DNA of 64,000 bases from Octopus sinensis (taxonomy: Eukaryota): positions 17,732,001 through 17,796,000 of the forward strand of contig NC_043023.1 in the NCBI RefSeq assembly GCF_006345805.1, in the 5' to 3' direction. The position numbers and the translations under genes were made by a program. Each line of letters begins with the position of its first letter. The first letter of the stretch is position 1. Below are positions 26,991-39,676 of the stretch, piece after piece. Below the pieces are notes generated by a model. That model was not told the origin of the DNA and did no database searches. It saw only the letters and a list, made by a program, of their open reading frames with translations.

Positions 26991-27215
26991 GGCTATGCGT
27001 AACTGGTGCAGGAAGCATCCCGGGTCTTTATTCTTTACTGTTTTACTTATTTCTGTGATTTGACTGTGGCCATGCTGGAGTACCGCGTTTGGACACATGA
27101 GTTACTTATTCAATCGCTCTCATTTTGCCGAAACGCTAAGTAACAGGGTCGTAAACACACCAGCATCGGTTATCAAGCGATTTTGTGGGGACAGACATAG
27201 ACACACAAACACACA

Positions 27216-27359
<144 letters not shown>

Positions 27360-28653
27360 CATATACAAAACAATTCTAAATTGCTTATAATCATGCTCAT
27401 CATTTCCTTGATTGTCATCATCAACAGGGTAAATAACATCATCCTCATTGTCATCATCATCTAACATCCATGTTCCTTTCTGGCTTGGTCTGGACAGGAT
27501 CCAAGGACTGCACTGCGCTCAAATGTCTGCTTTGGTCTCCTATTTCTGGTTAGATGCCCTTCCAAATATCAACCAAATTACAACATGGATCAGTGCTTTT
27601 TATCATACTACCCGATTATTGAGGTTGCCATGCGGCAAATCCTCTACAAATCCTCGGGGGTGGAGTCAGTTTCATGCCTGTGGATAAGGGAATAATCTCA
27701 GAGGAGGAGGTAGGGTAGTTTTGTTTTTTGTAGATCCTCTTTGGTAATGAATGACCAGGAGATTGCACCTAGAGAGTTCCCCACCAAGGTACATATCCGG
27801 AAAAAATTGTGTATGGATGACCGGGCGTCACCCATGCATAACAGAATACCGTCTCCATACCAACAATGTTATCTGAGGGCAACGCAAGGACTGATACAGC
27901 TTCGGGGCAGTGATGTCACAACACTTTTCAACAGCTGAGTGAACTGGAGTAATGTGAAATAAGAGTATCTGCGTACATGTCAAAAAAAGTTAGCGTGAGA
28001 TATGGCTTCTATTTCTAGCATGTGGATAGCCTGGTTGAAAGCCATAGAATCAGGAGGCGAGGGTACTTTTTCTCTTGACTAACTGCAATTTTACAAGGTT
28101 TTTTTGTCTTTAGAATCATCATGTCCAAACATTTCTACGTATTTCACAAAAACGTGGGAGTGTTGGGTTGAATATCAGTCATCTGCCCCTATATATACAC
28201 ACACACACACACAAAAAGATAAAAAGATGGATACAACTGAGTGGGCAAACAAAAATATGAGACACTGCCTCGTGCCTTTTCTTAAATTTTGATAAGTCTG
28301 TTACTGATTCTATCAGTTTCTTCTTGTCAAAGTATCATTTTCTTATTGTGCGTTGACTAGATTCGTTGGATGTAATTGTGAAAAATTACAGCCAACGAAT
28401 CTAGTCAACTCAAAAGACAGCTGGTATACCCCCACCCCACAAAACACCACCACGTGGACTTTGTTGAGACTAGTAAGAAATAATTATGAACCTTTTATTA
28501 CACTTAACTTTATAAAACTATTTTTGATGAGGTTCGTTTCTTCAAGAAGAACCGATACATGTAATATCTCTAAGAAAATTAAAATTTATCTCATATAGTG
28601 GCGTTTTAAACTTCTTTTTTATAAATATATACCCATTCGTATGTCACCTTCGC

Positions 28654-28702
<49 letters not shown>

Positions 28703-28945
28703 GATTGCTGGATTTCAGTTTCTGTCTACAAAATTCACTGACAAGGCTTTGGTTGGTCTCAGGCTATAGCAGAAGACACATGCCAAGTCACCACACAGTG
28801 CTGATGCGCCCAGGACCCTGTGTTTTGGAATCAATTTTGTTACCACACTGCCACACCTGCACTTATGTATATATATTTGTGTGTGTATGTATGCGTGCAG
28901 GGGTGTATATATGTATGCATGTACACATGTGTATTTATATATATA

Positions 28946-30219
28946 CGAGGGGCGTTCAATAAGTAATGCCTCTGACCCACTTGCCTTTGTTTGATCTAGC
29001 TGAAACTTTGCATGTGCAATTATTTAAATTTTTATAGATTACGTGACAAATTACAGCTCCGAACTAATTGTGGTTTCTGATTTACAGGTGTTTGAAATGA
29101 GTCAAGTGGGAAATGGAGCCTGTTGAGTGTCGAGCAGTGATCCGGTTTTTGTATTTGAAATGACGCACACCGCAGGAGACTTTTGATGAAGTGAAAGTAA
29201 CTTATGGTGATGATGCCCCATCATATGACCTTGTAAAACGCTGGCATCGTGAATTCAAACATGGTCGGAACTCTGTGGAAACAGCTCCCAGATCTGGTCG
29301 CACCCCTTCTGTCCGTCAAGTTGAGGCTGCCATTTTGAATGATTGACGCATAACTATTCGCCAAATAGCCCATGAGGTCAAGATTAGTACTGGGTCTGTG
29401 GAAACTATCATTCATTACCATTTGCATATGCAAAAGGTGTCTGCCAGATGGATTCCCAGGTTGCTCACACTTTTCCAGAAGCAAGAATGCGTCGAGTGCT
29501 CGAGGATGAATTTAGGGATGTGCCAAGAAGATGAGTCAAAATTTTTCAAAAGACTGATTACACAGGATGAGACCTGGGTCCATCACTATGATCCATAGAC
29601 CAAAGCCCAGTCAATGCAGTGGAAGCACCATGACTCACCTCCTCCAAAGAAAGCAAGGGTGCAGCCCTCCGCTGGGAAGGTCATGCTCACAGACTTTTGG
29701 GACCAGGACGGAGTAGTGATGACAGATTTCCTGGCAAAGGGTACCACAATTACAGGAGCCTATCATGCTTCACCTTTGAGGAAATTAAGAGAAGCTATCA
29801 AAACCAAGTGGCGGGGCAAGATCAGCAAAGGCATCCTCCTCTTGCAGGACAACGCTCCGGTCCACAACTCGCGTGTCGCCAGATCAGAGGCACAGGCGTG
29901 CGGCTATGAACTCTTCCCCCATCCCCCTACACTCCTGACCTTGCACCCTCTGATTTTCACCTCTTCCCAGCCATGAAGTTGTTTTTGAAAGGAAAGCGTT
30001 TCCCAGATGATGCAGCCTTGATTTCTGAAGTCACGTCGTGGTTGGACGACCAAGCTGGGGTCTTCTACGAACACGGTCTCCAGAGCTGCATCAAACGATG
30101 GGAGAAATGCGTAACTCTGGGTGTTTCCTATGTAGAAAAAGACTAATAACTGTGCCAAGTTTCGTTGCTCTACTGCTATGGGAAGTGGATCAGGGGCATT
30201 ACTTATTGAACGCCTCTCG
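28946..30219 (+). mobile_element. Mariner DNA transposon (irritans-like), full length, defective transposase ~29113-30146
   Basis: TIRs cgaggggcgttcaataagtaatgcc / ggcattacttattgaacgcctctcg with TA duplication. Motifs WIPRLL, ITQDETW, LQDNAP and HPP(Y)SPDLAPSDF (DD34D); stops and frameshifts present. Confidence 0.95.
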
Positions 30220-30441
30220 TATATATATATACATATGTACATATTACATGTACATATAGATATATAAATATATATATATATACGTATAAACATATACATC
30301 TATACATACATTCATACATATATATATATACATATGCATCTATACATATATATATAGATACACATGTATATATATGCATATATATATATATATTATATCA
30401 TATATATTCACACACACAGACACACACACATATATATATAC

Positions 30442-30476
<35 letters not shown>

Positions 30477-30868
30477 CCTTAAAATTGTTTCATCCCGAAA
30501 GCTGTGGCCATGCTGGGACACTACCGTTGATTGCGCTACACTAGTATGTGAAACCCCTCTGATACGTGGTCAATAAGGGAGTTCTATATATACATTATTG
30601 AATTATAATAGTCATAATGCACACACACACACACACATATATATATATACATATCTATATATATACATATATATATATATAAACATACGTGAAACATGTT
30701 TCGATATGTATTCAAATATATATACGCATTTTAAGTCGAATTTATAAATGTATGAATATGATTGCCTAAGTTCAGTTTATATTTTAATTCCTATCTTTTG
30801 TCTCAGTTTCGACCATAGCACTTCTTTCTAGCAGTTATATATATTTCCTAAGAATTATATATATATAC

Positions 30869-31871
30869 TGATATGGAGGTCAGTTGAGAAACAGAGTGCT
30901 TGTGGCCTGGTTTTGTGATTTGGCGCCTGGCAGGCGGATAAAGCTTTTTGTTCTGTCGGTTTCTGGAAAGATTAATGAGTTTGGAAGAGACCTCTGCCCC
31001 GTGTTCCGGTCAAGCAGAGTTTAGGAAACCACCCTTTAAAATGCAACGCGCGGTGTTGGTTTGGGCAGTTCTGTCTGAGACAGTGAGAGGGCCGGAAGAG
31101 ACAGTCAGTTGGCAAAAGACAGCAGCCAAGAAGGTGGCGATAACGAGAGGATGACAACGTTGAGAAAGACAGACAGAGAGCATTGGGAACATGTAGAGCG
31201 AGAGAGGAAGATTACGGCGTGAAGGCATTGGCTATCTGTAGTAGGAGCTCGTAAGGGTATGTGTTGTTTATCTTTTGATGTGAAATGTAAAAGAAAGAAT
31301 TGTGACGTAACTTGTAATCTGTGATGAAGAGAAAAAGGAATTGTTGAACTAAAAAAGAATTGATGCGTCAAAGAAAAAAAGAAAGAAGGAAAAGAGGAAG
31401 AAAAGAAATGAGACTATAAAGAACATTGTGAATTGAGGGAAAAGAGGAAGAAAAGAATTAGAAAGAATTTAATGTTGAACTGTTTTCATTTGTCTCCGGA
31501 CTTGGTGTATCCTGAACTGTTTGATCGTTTTCGAACGACGTGTTGTGTTTAAATGCTTTGATTTTGCTGTTTTCTTGTTAATTCTGTTGCATGTTTTTTT
31601 CTTTAATGTATCTGCTATGTTTCACATTGTATTTGATGTCGTAATAATTGTTATAAACTGTTGTTAACTGTAAATTATTGCCTTCCGCCGTGTATCTCTT
31701 CCTGCTGTTGTTGTTGTTCTTATCTCCGGTCGCCGGTTCGAGTTCGCTGCCATCCCCCACCACCGTTCTTTCTCTGTGGCGGATTCCCGGTTCGACTGAG
31801 CCGGTCAATCGTCGTCGCTCGACTTAGTAGTGTCCCGGGTTCGAAGTTTGAGCGACGGCAGGTTTCGTAAC

Positions 31872-31872
<1 letters not shown>
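30869..31872. mobile_element. Candidate solo LTR (~1 kb)
   Basis: Complex, relatively GC-rich block bounded by TG(atat)...(gtaa)CA between microsatellites. No clean target duplication and no internal coding sequence. Confidence 0.4.
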
Positions 31873-31960
<88 letters not shown>

Positions 31961-31966
31961 TAGATG

Positions 31967-32252
31967 TACACTGTCAATTTAACGTGACAGTAGGGGATTA
32001 CACCACCGCTGTTTAGCCCTAGGAAGCACCTGCAGCTAGCAGGCTTTTGCTACTCTAGACCGATGATGGGCAAAGACCCTGAAACATGCGTGTCTCTAGA
32101 TGCAGGCCTAGCTGTTGAGAGTATTTGTCTCCCCTTCGTAAATATATATAAAGATACCATAAATGTGTCGAAGCCGACAGGAAGCGTTCGATGCTTCCTA
32201 GGGCTAAACAGCGGTGATGTAATCCCCTACTGTCACGTTAAATTGACAGTAT
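31967..32252 (+). mobile_element. ~285-bp element with ~60-bp inverted termini and an internal hammerhead motif
   Basis: tacactgtcaatttaacgtgacagtagg...cctaggaagca is mirrored at ~32193-32252. Preceded by (TA)n. Confidence 0.75.
32054..32100 (+). ncRNA. Type I hammerhead motif with one core substitution (CCGAUGA)
   Basis: tctaga-CCGATGA-t-ggg(caaaga)ccc-t-GAAA-catgcgtg-TC-tctaga: 6-bp stem I, near-palindromic stem III, GUC triplet. Confidence 0.7.
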
Positions 32253-32314
32253 ACAACTATCATATCGCCCCATCACCGTACATATCTCTATGAGATATTT
32301 AGAAATTTAATATT

Positions 32315-32356
<42 letters not shown>

Positions 32357-32375
32357 TCATACATACAAACACCCC

Positions 32376-32424
<49 letters not shown>

Positions 32425-32769
32425 TATGTATCGTGAAGTATATAAGTATATTTGTCACTTAAATGTGGCTAATCCTTAAGGATGGATGCTACCGTAGCTT
32501 GTAGCCCCAGGAGGACACCTCCTCCAGCTGGCTATTGACGCACATTCTGTGCCCTATCTGTATTTGCAAAGGGAAGCCATCCTTAAGGGTTAGCCATATT
32601 TATGTGACAAATATACTTCACGATGTCGTGCAGCTACTGTTTATACCTCGCTCAGAGATTTATTATATATCTTCATTCGAACTTACTAAAACTTTCTCGT
32701 CGTTGCTAAGTTTACCTAAGGACTCATACCAGTTTAAAACTCAGGGCACTAAGTAGATACACATAGATT

Positions 32770-33250
32770 CATACGGGAGAGAAGCCTTATCATTTTAATG
32801 TCTGTGGTAAATCCGTTTGCAGACGAGAAACGATATTAGCGTTCAGTTTGTGGTAAACCTTTCTCTGTAAGAAGCCATTTAACTAAGAATAAATTCATTC
32901 ATCGGAGAGCGAAACCATACCATTGTGGTGTCTCTGGGAAATCTTTCTCTAGAAATTGTGGCCTGACTAAACACAAATGCACTCATACAGCGGAAAGAAA
33001 CCAATATCTCTATGGCATCTGTGGTAAATCATTCTAACAAATGACTATTTTAACTATTCAAAAGGAATTGGTTCAGGAGAGAGACCATTCCAATACGATG
33101 TTTATAGGAAATCGTTCCCAACAAGTAGTAAAGTACCTTTACACAAACATATTCATACTGGAGAAAAAAAAAACATATCACTGTTATATCTGTGGTAAAT
33201 TATTCTCTCAAAATGATTCTTTTCATTCAGAAGAGAAAGCATATTACTGA
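32770..33250 (+). pseudogene. Degenerate tandem C2H2 zinc-finger array
   Basis: HTGEKPYHFNVCGKS, KPYHCGVSGKSFSRNCGLTKHKCTHT and HIHTGEK.TYHCYICGKLFSQND; stops, frameshifts and lost Cys/His residues. Confidence 0.85.
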
Positions 33251-33599
33251 GGCATCTTACTGATATTGTGGCTTATCATATTGTGGACAACTATACGTGG
33301 ATCTTATTGTACAAAAGAGTTACTGTTTCAGTGTCAAAAATCATTTGATGATAGAAATATCTTATATAAGAATAAAGGATCCCACACAGCAAAGACGATT
33401 TAACTGGATGTTGCAACAACCGTTTAACATTGTATTTTAAAGAACCATATTGACATTTATATCAGTAAAGGTGCTTAACTAATCCAAGCCTAAGTTACCA
33501 AATTCACCATTGAAAATAGTTACAGCCTAAAGGGAAATAATTAGGAAACACTTGAATGTTGACTTAAGATCGTAATTATGTAAAGTAACTGTAACGAAT

Positions 33600-33778
33600 A
33601 AACCAGAATTCTTGTCCGGTACCGGGTAACTTCCAAGATCTAATCAGTTAGTGCTTGTCAGGACAAACATACCTGAACCTTTCGTCGAATCCATCCCATG
33701 GTTCTTGTGATATCTTGTCCACGGACAAACAACTACATCTGAAAACAATATCTCCGCCTTCGCTAAGGCGGATGTAAT
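33600..33778 (+). mobile_element. Short repeat ending in a GC hairpin (Helentron/HINE-like 3' end)
   Basis: tccgcctt-cgct-aaggcgga hairpin at 33753-33772, followed by an AT-rich tail. Confidence 0.35.
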
Positions 33779-34759
33779 AAATGATAGTTTAGCCCTGTGA
33801 AGTCTGAATAAGTTTTTTCATTAATTATTTATCTTTGTGTATTTTAACTTAAACAATACTTATTCATCAAAGAAAATTTATATTGAGCCTTTTTTTAAAT
33901 TACTGGGCATATTATGCTAAGTAAGTTATATTTGGGAAGAAAGAGTTTGAATTGAAAAAGATGTTTATAAGTTATGTTCAGTTGCGAAACCTATGGAATT
34001 TCCACCAAGTTTTCTTAATTTATATAATTTTATCATTTCTTTCTTTTATAATCATGATCCATTTATGTTTTTTGTATTTGAGGTGAATGTTAAGTTGCGT
34101 GTCATCATTATTAGTATCATCAAAGTGTTTTATGTTAATTCTCCACACTGGTATGGGCTCGATGTGTATGTCATGTGTATGTCATATCACTTTCAAGTCA
34201 CAGATTTCTGAGTTCCCATCTCATCCATCTTTGCGAATATTCTTAATGAACTGAAAATAAGGTAAAGTTGGTTGAATTTTCAATTATTGCCCTATCATGT
34301 TATATGGGGAAATTCTCACTCACACTTGTACGGATATAATTATAAGCAACAGGATGTGTAAACATAACCAATTTATTATAAACTTTTGTTTATTCCTCTC
34401 AACGAATCTTCAATGGTAATTAGATGTTATGTAAGTTTTTGAAATTATTTGGTACCAAACTCCTGATTGATTCAATGTAGTCAGTCCGGGATGCGAATAC
34501 AAATGTTTGTGTTAATGTTTAAAGAGAATACAAGTTAAGAGGCAGCAATACATACATTTCTCTGGTTGCAAACGCAGTGGTTTGTGAAATGTTTATTATC
34601 AGATTAAGTAAGGCAATGACAAGTGAGAGACCTGATAATAATAATAATTAGATAACGGATTATAAATCTAATCAGCTAATAACCATGATGCACATTTTTA
34701 GAGGAGTAATTAGTAACTGAAGAAATAATCAATGTCTCTCTCTCTCTCCCTCTCCCTTT

Positions 34760-35220
34760 CTCAGACACGATTTGAACTAAGACTGCAATATTGCGATGCT
34801 TCAACTAAAAGGAAAATAGTTTGTACAAAGAAAACACGTTTACTACTTCATTAAGAAAAACTGAAGATTATACTGAAAATTAAAAGTGAAATTGGCAGCA
34901 AGAAAACATCTATAGAATTACAAATCAAACCATATGATTTTAGATTTTGCGTGTTAAAGAAAAAGGAAAATGTACTAAACCGTGTTTAAACTACATTGTG
35001 CTATATACAGTCTCTCAGTTTCCTAGTGTTGTATTAATAGAAAAAAATAAAGTTCTTTTGTCAAGAAGAATGGGAAAAAATCCTAGAGAAACATACGAGT
35101 CATTGCTTAAGAACTACAAGAAGAGATTGGTTGAAGTGGAACTGAATAATGGTTATGCTACGAAGTATTAAATCAGAATTATCAGTTATTTATGGTCTGT
35201 ACGAATACTTTTTCGCCCCT
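34760..35220 (+). mobile_element. Tc1-like transposase C-terminal remnant
   Basis: FCQEEWEKIPRETYESLLKNYKKRLVEVELNNGYATKY* (composite of frames) matches the Tc1 C-terminus. Confidence 0.55.
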
Positions 35221-35635
35221 AAATATTTATAATTGAATATAAATTCCTTAGTTACTATACTTTATTAGTTTCTTTTGCATATTCTTAGTTTATGCATGTG
35301 TATGCAAATATAGTATTGGTATATCCCATTTATGTTCATTAGAAATTAAATAAATAAAGAATTTTGACATGTGCGAATATTTATTTTCCCACGCTGTATG
35401 CGTGTGTATGTGTGTGTGTGTGTGTACTGATGATGATGTTGACGGCAGCAATGGTGGAGTTGGTGTGAATCCTAAGACTGATGCTGTCAATAGTCATTGT
35501 GCTGTTAGAAGTGATATTTGTTCTGAATCCCTTTTTGATAACACTGCTCCCGGTTTTGGCAGTCGTAGGAAATGGAAAGGGCAAATTGTACTTACTGTTA
35601 TTGTACGTAACATTTTCTCTGGTATTCGCCTCCTT

Positions 35636-35987
35636 TCATTTATGTACACATGAAAAAATGACATATCTGGTATTTTTCGTGTATATACAGTAGAAAAAGA
35701 AGACAAACATTCCTTGAAGCATATTGAATATGGCAAAGAGCAAGGTAAACACTTCATCTGTTTCACCAAAACTCAAGAATGCTAAGATCCACGCCGCACT
35801 GAACAGGACAAACACGCCAACGATGCCCAAAATACGTGTTCGTTTTGTTTCGAGTTTAAATGTCATGTTAGTTTCTAATGTCATTAAGTACCAGACATCA
35901 ATAGAGAAGATAAAAATGTTGAAGATGAGAATGATCCCCATGGGAGCCACAAGAGCAGTATAGAACGGTACCGCTGATAACCAACAT
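35636..35987 (-). CDS. aGPCR exon L (ECL2 CW, TM5-TM7, stop)
   Basis: ctttatAG acceptor. Encodes [23 protein letters not shown]...[30 protein letters not shown]; N-x-L-Q-G in TM7 is typical of adhesion GPCRs. Confidence 0.93.
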
Positions 35988-38900
35988 CTATAAAGAAATA
36001 GAGGATAGATTAAGAAAAAAATAACAATTATCAAATGTTATCGAATTGAAGAGTCAGAGAGGGAGTAATGCGAAGTGACTTTAATCCAAAATGAAATGAA
36101 AAGCCTTCAACGCACTTGTAGTGTGTTATGTACATTGCTAAATCAGATATTCTTATCCAATATTTCAATATTCAAATACGCAAAAAACACCTCCCTATCC
36201 TTACGAGTGCATACATAAATAAATACATACATACACAATATATACATACATGTATTCGTAGATGCATGCATATAAGAGGAAAGAAGAGAAGAATAGTTAC
36301 TTTTAAACATGTAATAGAAATATTATAGTTTTCTCAAGAACTGTTTACATTTTCTTGAGTTCTTTGTATTTTGTTTGGAACAGTAAATTTCTCAAGTGCT
36401 TCAACAAAAATGTTTGCCTCTTCAGCATTTCATTTTCAGAATGAAGCTACGTTGAGGTGTATTGTTGTCTTCTTTTATGTGAGCAGGTTAAAAGCGAAAG
36501 TTTGATAATCAGATTTATATTCCACCATTAGGTGTTATTTAAGTGTCAGTTATCTGTGTATTTATTTTAGCATTGTCCTGTTATGGATATTGCCTCCATC
36601 ATTTACTGCCTGTTTTTGTGTTTCATTCTGTGTGACATTGCTACTGATTTTCATTGTATTTCAATGAAGAGTAGTTACAATAAACTACATCCTACAGTAC
36701 AAGACCGAACGAGATAGGAAAACTTTATCAAAAAGGTACAGAAACATTACGAGAATTCAAAAACAAAAGGAAACATAATAAGACTAAGAGCTGAAAAGAT
36801 AAAGAATTACATCGCCAATTCATACAATAAAACGGAGAATCTTATAAAAACCAAAAATTGCCGATTGTACTGACTGATGAAAACCCGAAGCAAAAACATT
36901 GAATTATCAATTTTAGCTGCCCAAGAAAAGCCATTAGAACTAATTTGTTAAAGATAAAAACCGATAAAATTCAGAGAGTAACTACAGAACATCTAGATGA
37001 GAAAAGAAAAGTATTAACTATTTTTAGTAAATGCAGTAAGCTTGCATAAAAAAGTGTATAAGCGCTGTTATGACTGAGTTGCTGAAAGGCTGCATTGAGA
37101 TGTAACGGGAAAATGGTGTGAACGAGTCAGAGGCTATCATGGAGATTAATAATTATAAGATTTTATGGGATTTTTCCTTAACGATTGACCAATTGTTGAT
37201 ATCTGGAAGATATGATTGTAGAATGCGGAAAATAAAAAGTTGCTGTCTCCCATATATTATTATACTTATCTCTTGGTCCCTGAAGGTCGTAAATCTTGGT
37301 TCCCAAAATAATCTCCCTTTATAAGGTGAGATTTGTTTCCCAAACGATTTAGAATTCTGTAGTGCTGAAGTGGCTGAATTTGTGTTCTTCTTTTCCGTAG
37401 AACCAGTTGATAATACATGGGATAATAACATTAGTCTCTCCCGCCACACACACACACACAAGGAAACATGAAAATTGAGGCACTCCAGGGACTAATTGAT
37501 ATAAATACAAAAGTAAGTGGTATGATAGGTCTTGTTTCTCTGGACCGTCTTAAAAACATTGAAACGTTTTCTCTTTCTCTCCAACGCCAGCGTGTGTGTA
37601 TATATCAGTCGCACAATGTGGAGAATATATCACTAGCATTACTCAAACGACTGCAGTATCAAGTTTACAGTCCATCCAGGACTGAAACCCGGTGCGATAC
37701 GGATTCCACACAATTGAAGTTTACAACACATAGCCACGTTGTAAAACAATTATGTTTTTTTCATTATTGACCCAAAAGGAAAGAACGAAGAAAAATATCC
37801 CATCACCTTCAAATGGTATCTGGACAAACGACTTCAAAATGTACCAACAAGACAAACAACCTGTATCTGGACATATCACAATCAATAGCAGCTCCCTATT
37901 TAAATAGGCTATTATGATATAAAACCTGACTTTTAAAAGAATTGAAAGACTCTCTCAGGCGGCGCTATTAAGTGAGACACATGGACTCGAGTACACAACT
38001 TCATTACATCAAAAAGATGAAATGAATTATTTTAACTTCTGTTATCAAATTGGGGGACAACACTGTACTTTATCGGGTTAGACACATAAATATTTCTACT
38101 ATTCAAATTTCGCTGCTAGTCATGCGTGTTGATAATTACAAGGTGTTGTATTTTTTAGTCTTATGAATTGAGTGAACGAAAAAATCATTAAGAATGTTAG
38201 TGGAGTAGGGTAGCTTCCAGGAATAAAAGTCGTTGTTTTAGTTTGATTACATTTGATCCATAACCTAAATATTAGTTGTGAAGACCTGAGAAGATTCGGT
38301 GAATAAAACGCAGAAATACTTACATTTGTTCAATTCTGATGTAATTGTTGGTGTAGTTAATTGCCAGAGTAAATGCGACAATGATCATTGGAAGACCTGA
38401 CAACAATATATACATTAATTGATTTATGTAGGTATTAATCAATATTTAAAATAACAAATATGTGAAACTTGAATCGATTAAGTTGGAAATGTTTTTGTTC
38501 AATTCAAATTCAATATTTGTTTCGATCCACACATGGGTCAGTTTTTACTATTTGTTCCTAAATTCCTATAAATAGGTGTCACAAATATCTAACTCCGATT
38601 CTCTCAGCTATAGTTTCCAGTGGGAAACAGTAATTACAATATTTTGGGAATTCTTGGCAATGGTATGAAGACTAAATTACATGGGGGACAACAAAGATGC
38701 GCTCTCATTAACGTCTTCACAAACTACATGGTGCGTCAGATGAAAGTGTAAACTGGATAACACTTGGTTTTATTCTAGAGATAAGATCAGTGACAGAAAC
38801 TACTTCATGAAAAGGAAAATCAATTTAGGTTTCCCTAATGGCTAACCCTGAGAATCTGTTTCCTTATGGTTTACCTTTATGCTGTGTGTATATAAATATA

Positions 38901-39643
38901 TGTGATGCACTTCTGTATCCACATATTTACATCACGTTTCAGCTACTTCCTCATCTCATCAATTTCTCGATCTATCCAAGTTGAAATTATGAATATTAAC
39001 CACACTACCCAACACTACCTTCCTAATAAACAACAAACTAGCTAGCTGCCTTTATCTTTCGCTTAGTTATTATACTAATCAAGTCAAAATTAATATCTAA
39101 TTCCACTCTTTATTATTTAGCTAATTGACATCTTCCCTATTCCAAGTTGGTTATGTTAAGAAAGAACGTATTCAATTATATATGCGCTGGATCGGTAGAA
39201 GAGTGGGAGTTTGCAGTCGGGGCTTAATGCTCCTGGGTTCAGAAATCTGGATTTTACTGTGAGACAGACACGTAATCAATATAGTGTTTGTTTTTAAACC
39301 ACAAGAATTTAATGTCTAACCTCAAATCTTTTTTTTAAATATTGTATGATTGATAAGGATGCAGAGGATTCGTGATATAGAGCGCTGTCCTAGAAAATTT
39401 ACAGAATGATTGTTAGAACTTCCAGTAGTATTACAGTTGAATAATATACACAAAAAAGGAGAAAAATAAATTGAAGATTCACTGGATTCACAGTGTTTCA
39501 TTTAATACTCAAAGTTACTGATTAACAGTGTTTAGTTTAGTACCCAGAGTTCAAGTCCCATGAAAGTCAGTGACCCCTTTCCCATCAATAACAAAAAACT
39601 TAAAGACGGTGTATGTGTGTGTATGTGCCTGTGTGTGTTTGAC

Positions 39644-39676
<33 letters not shown>

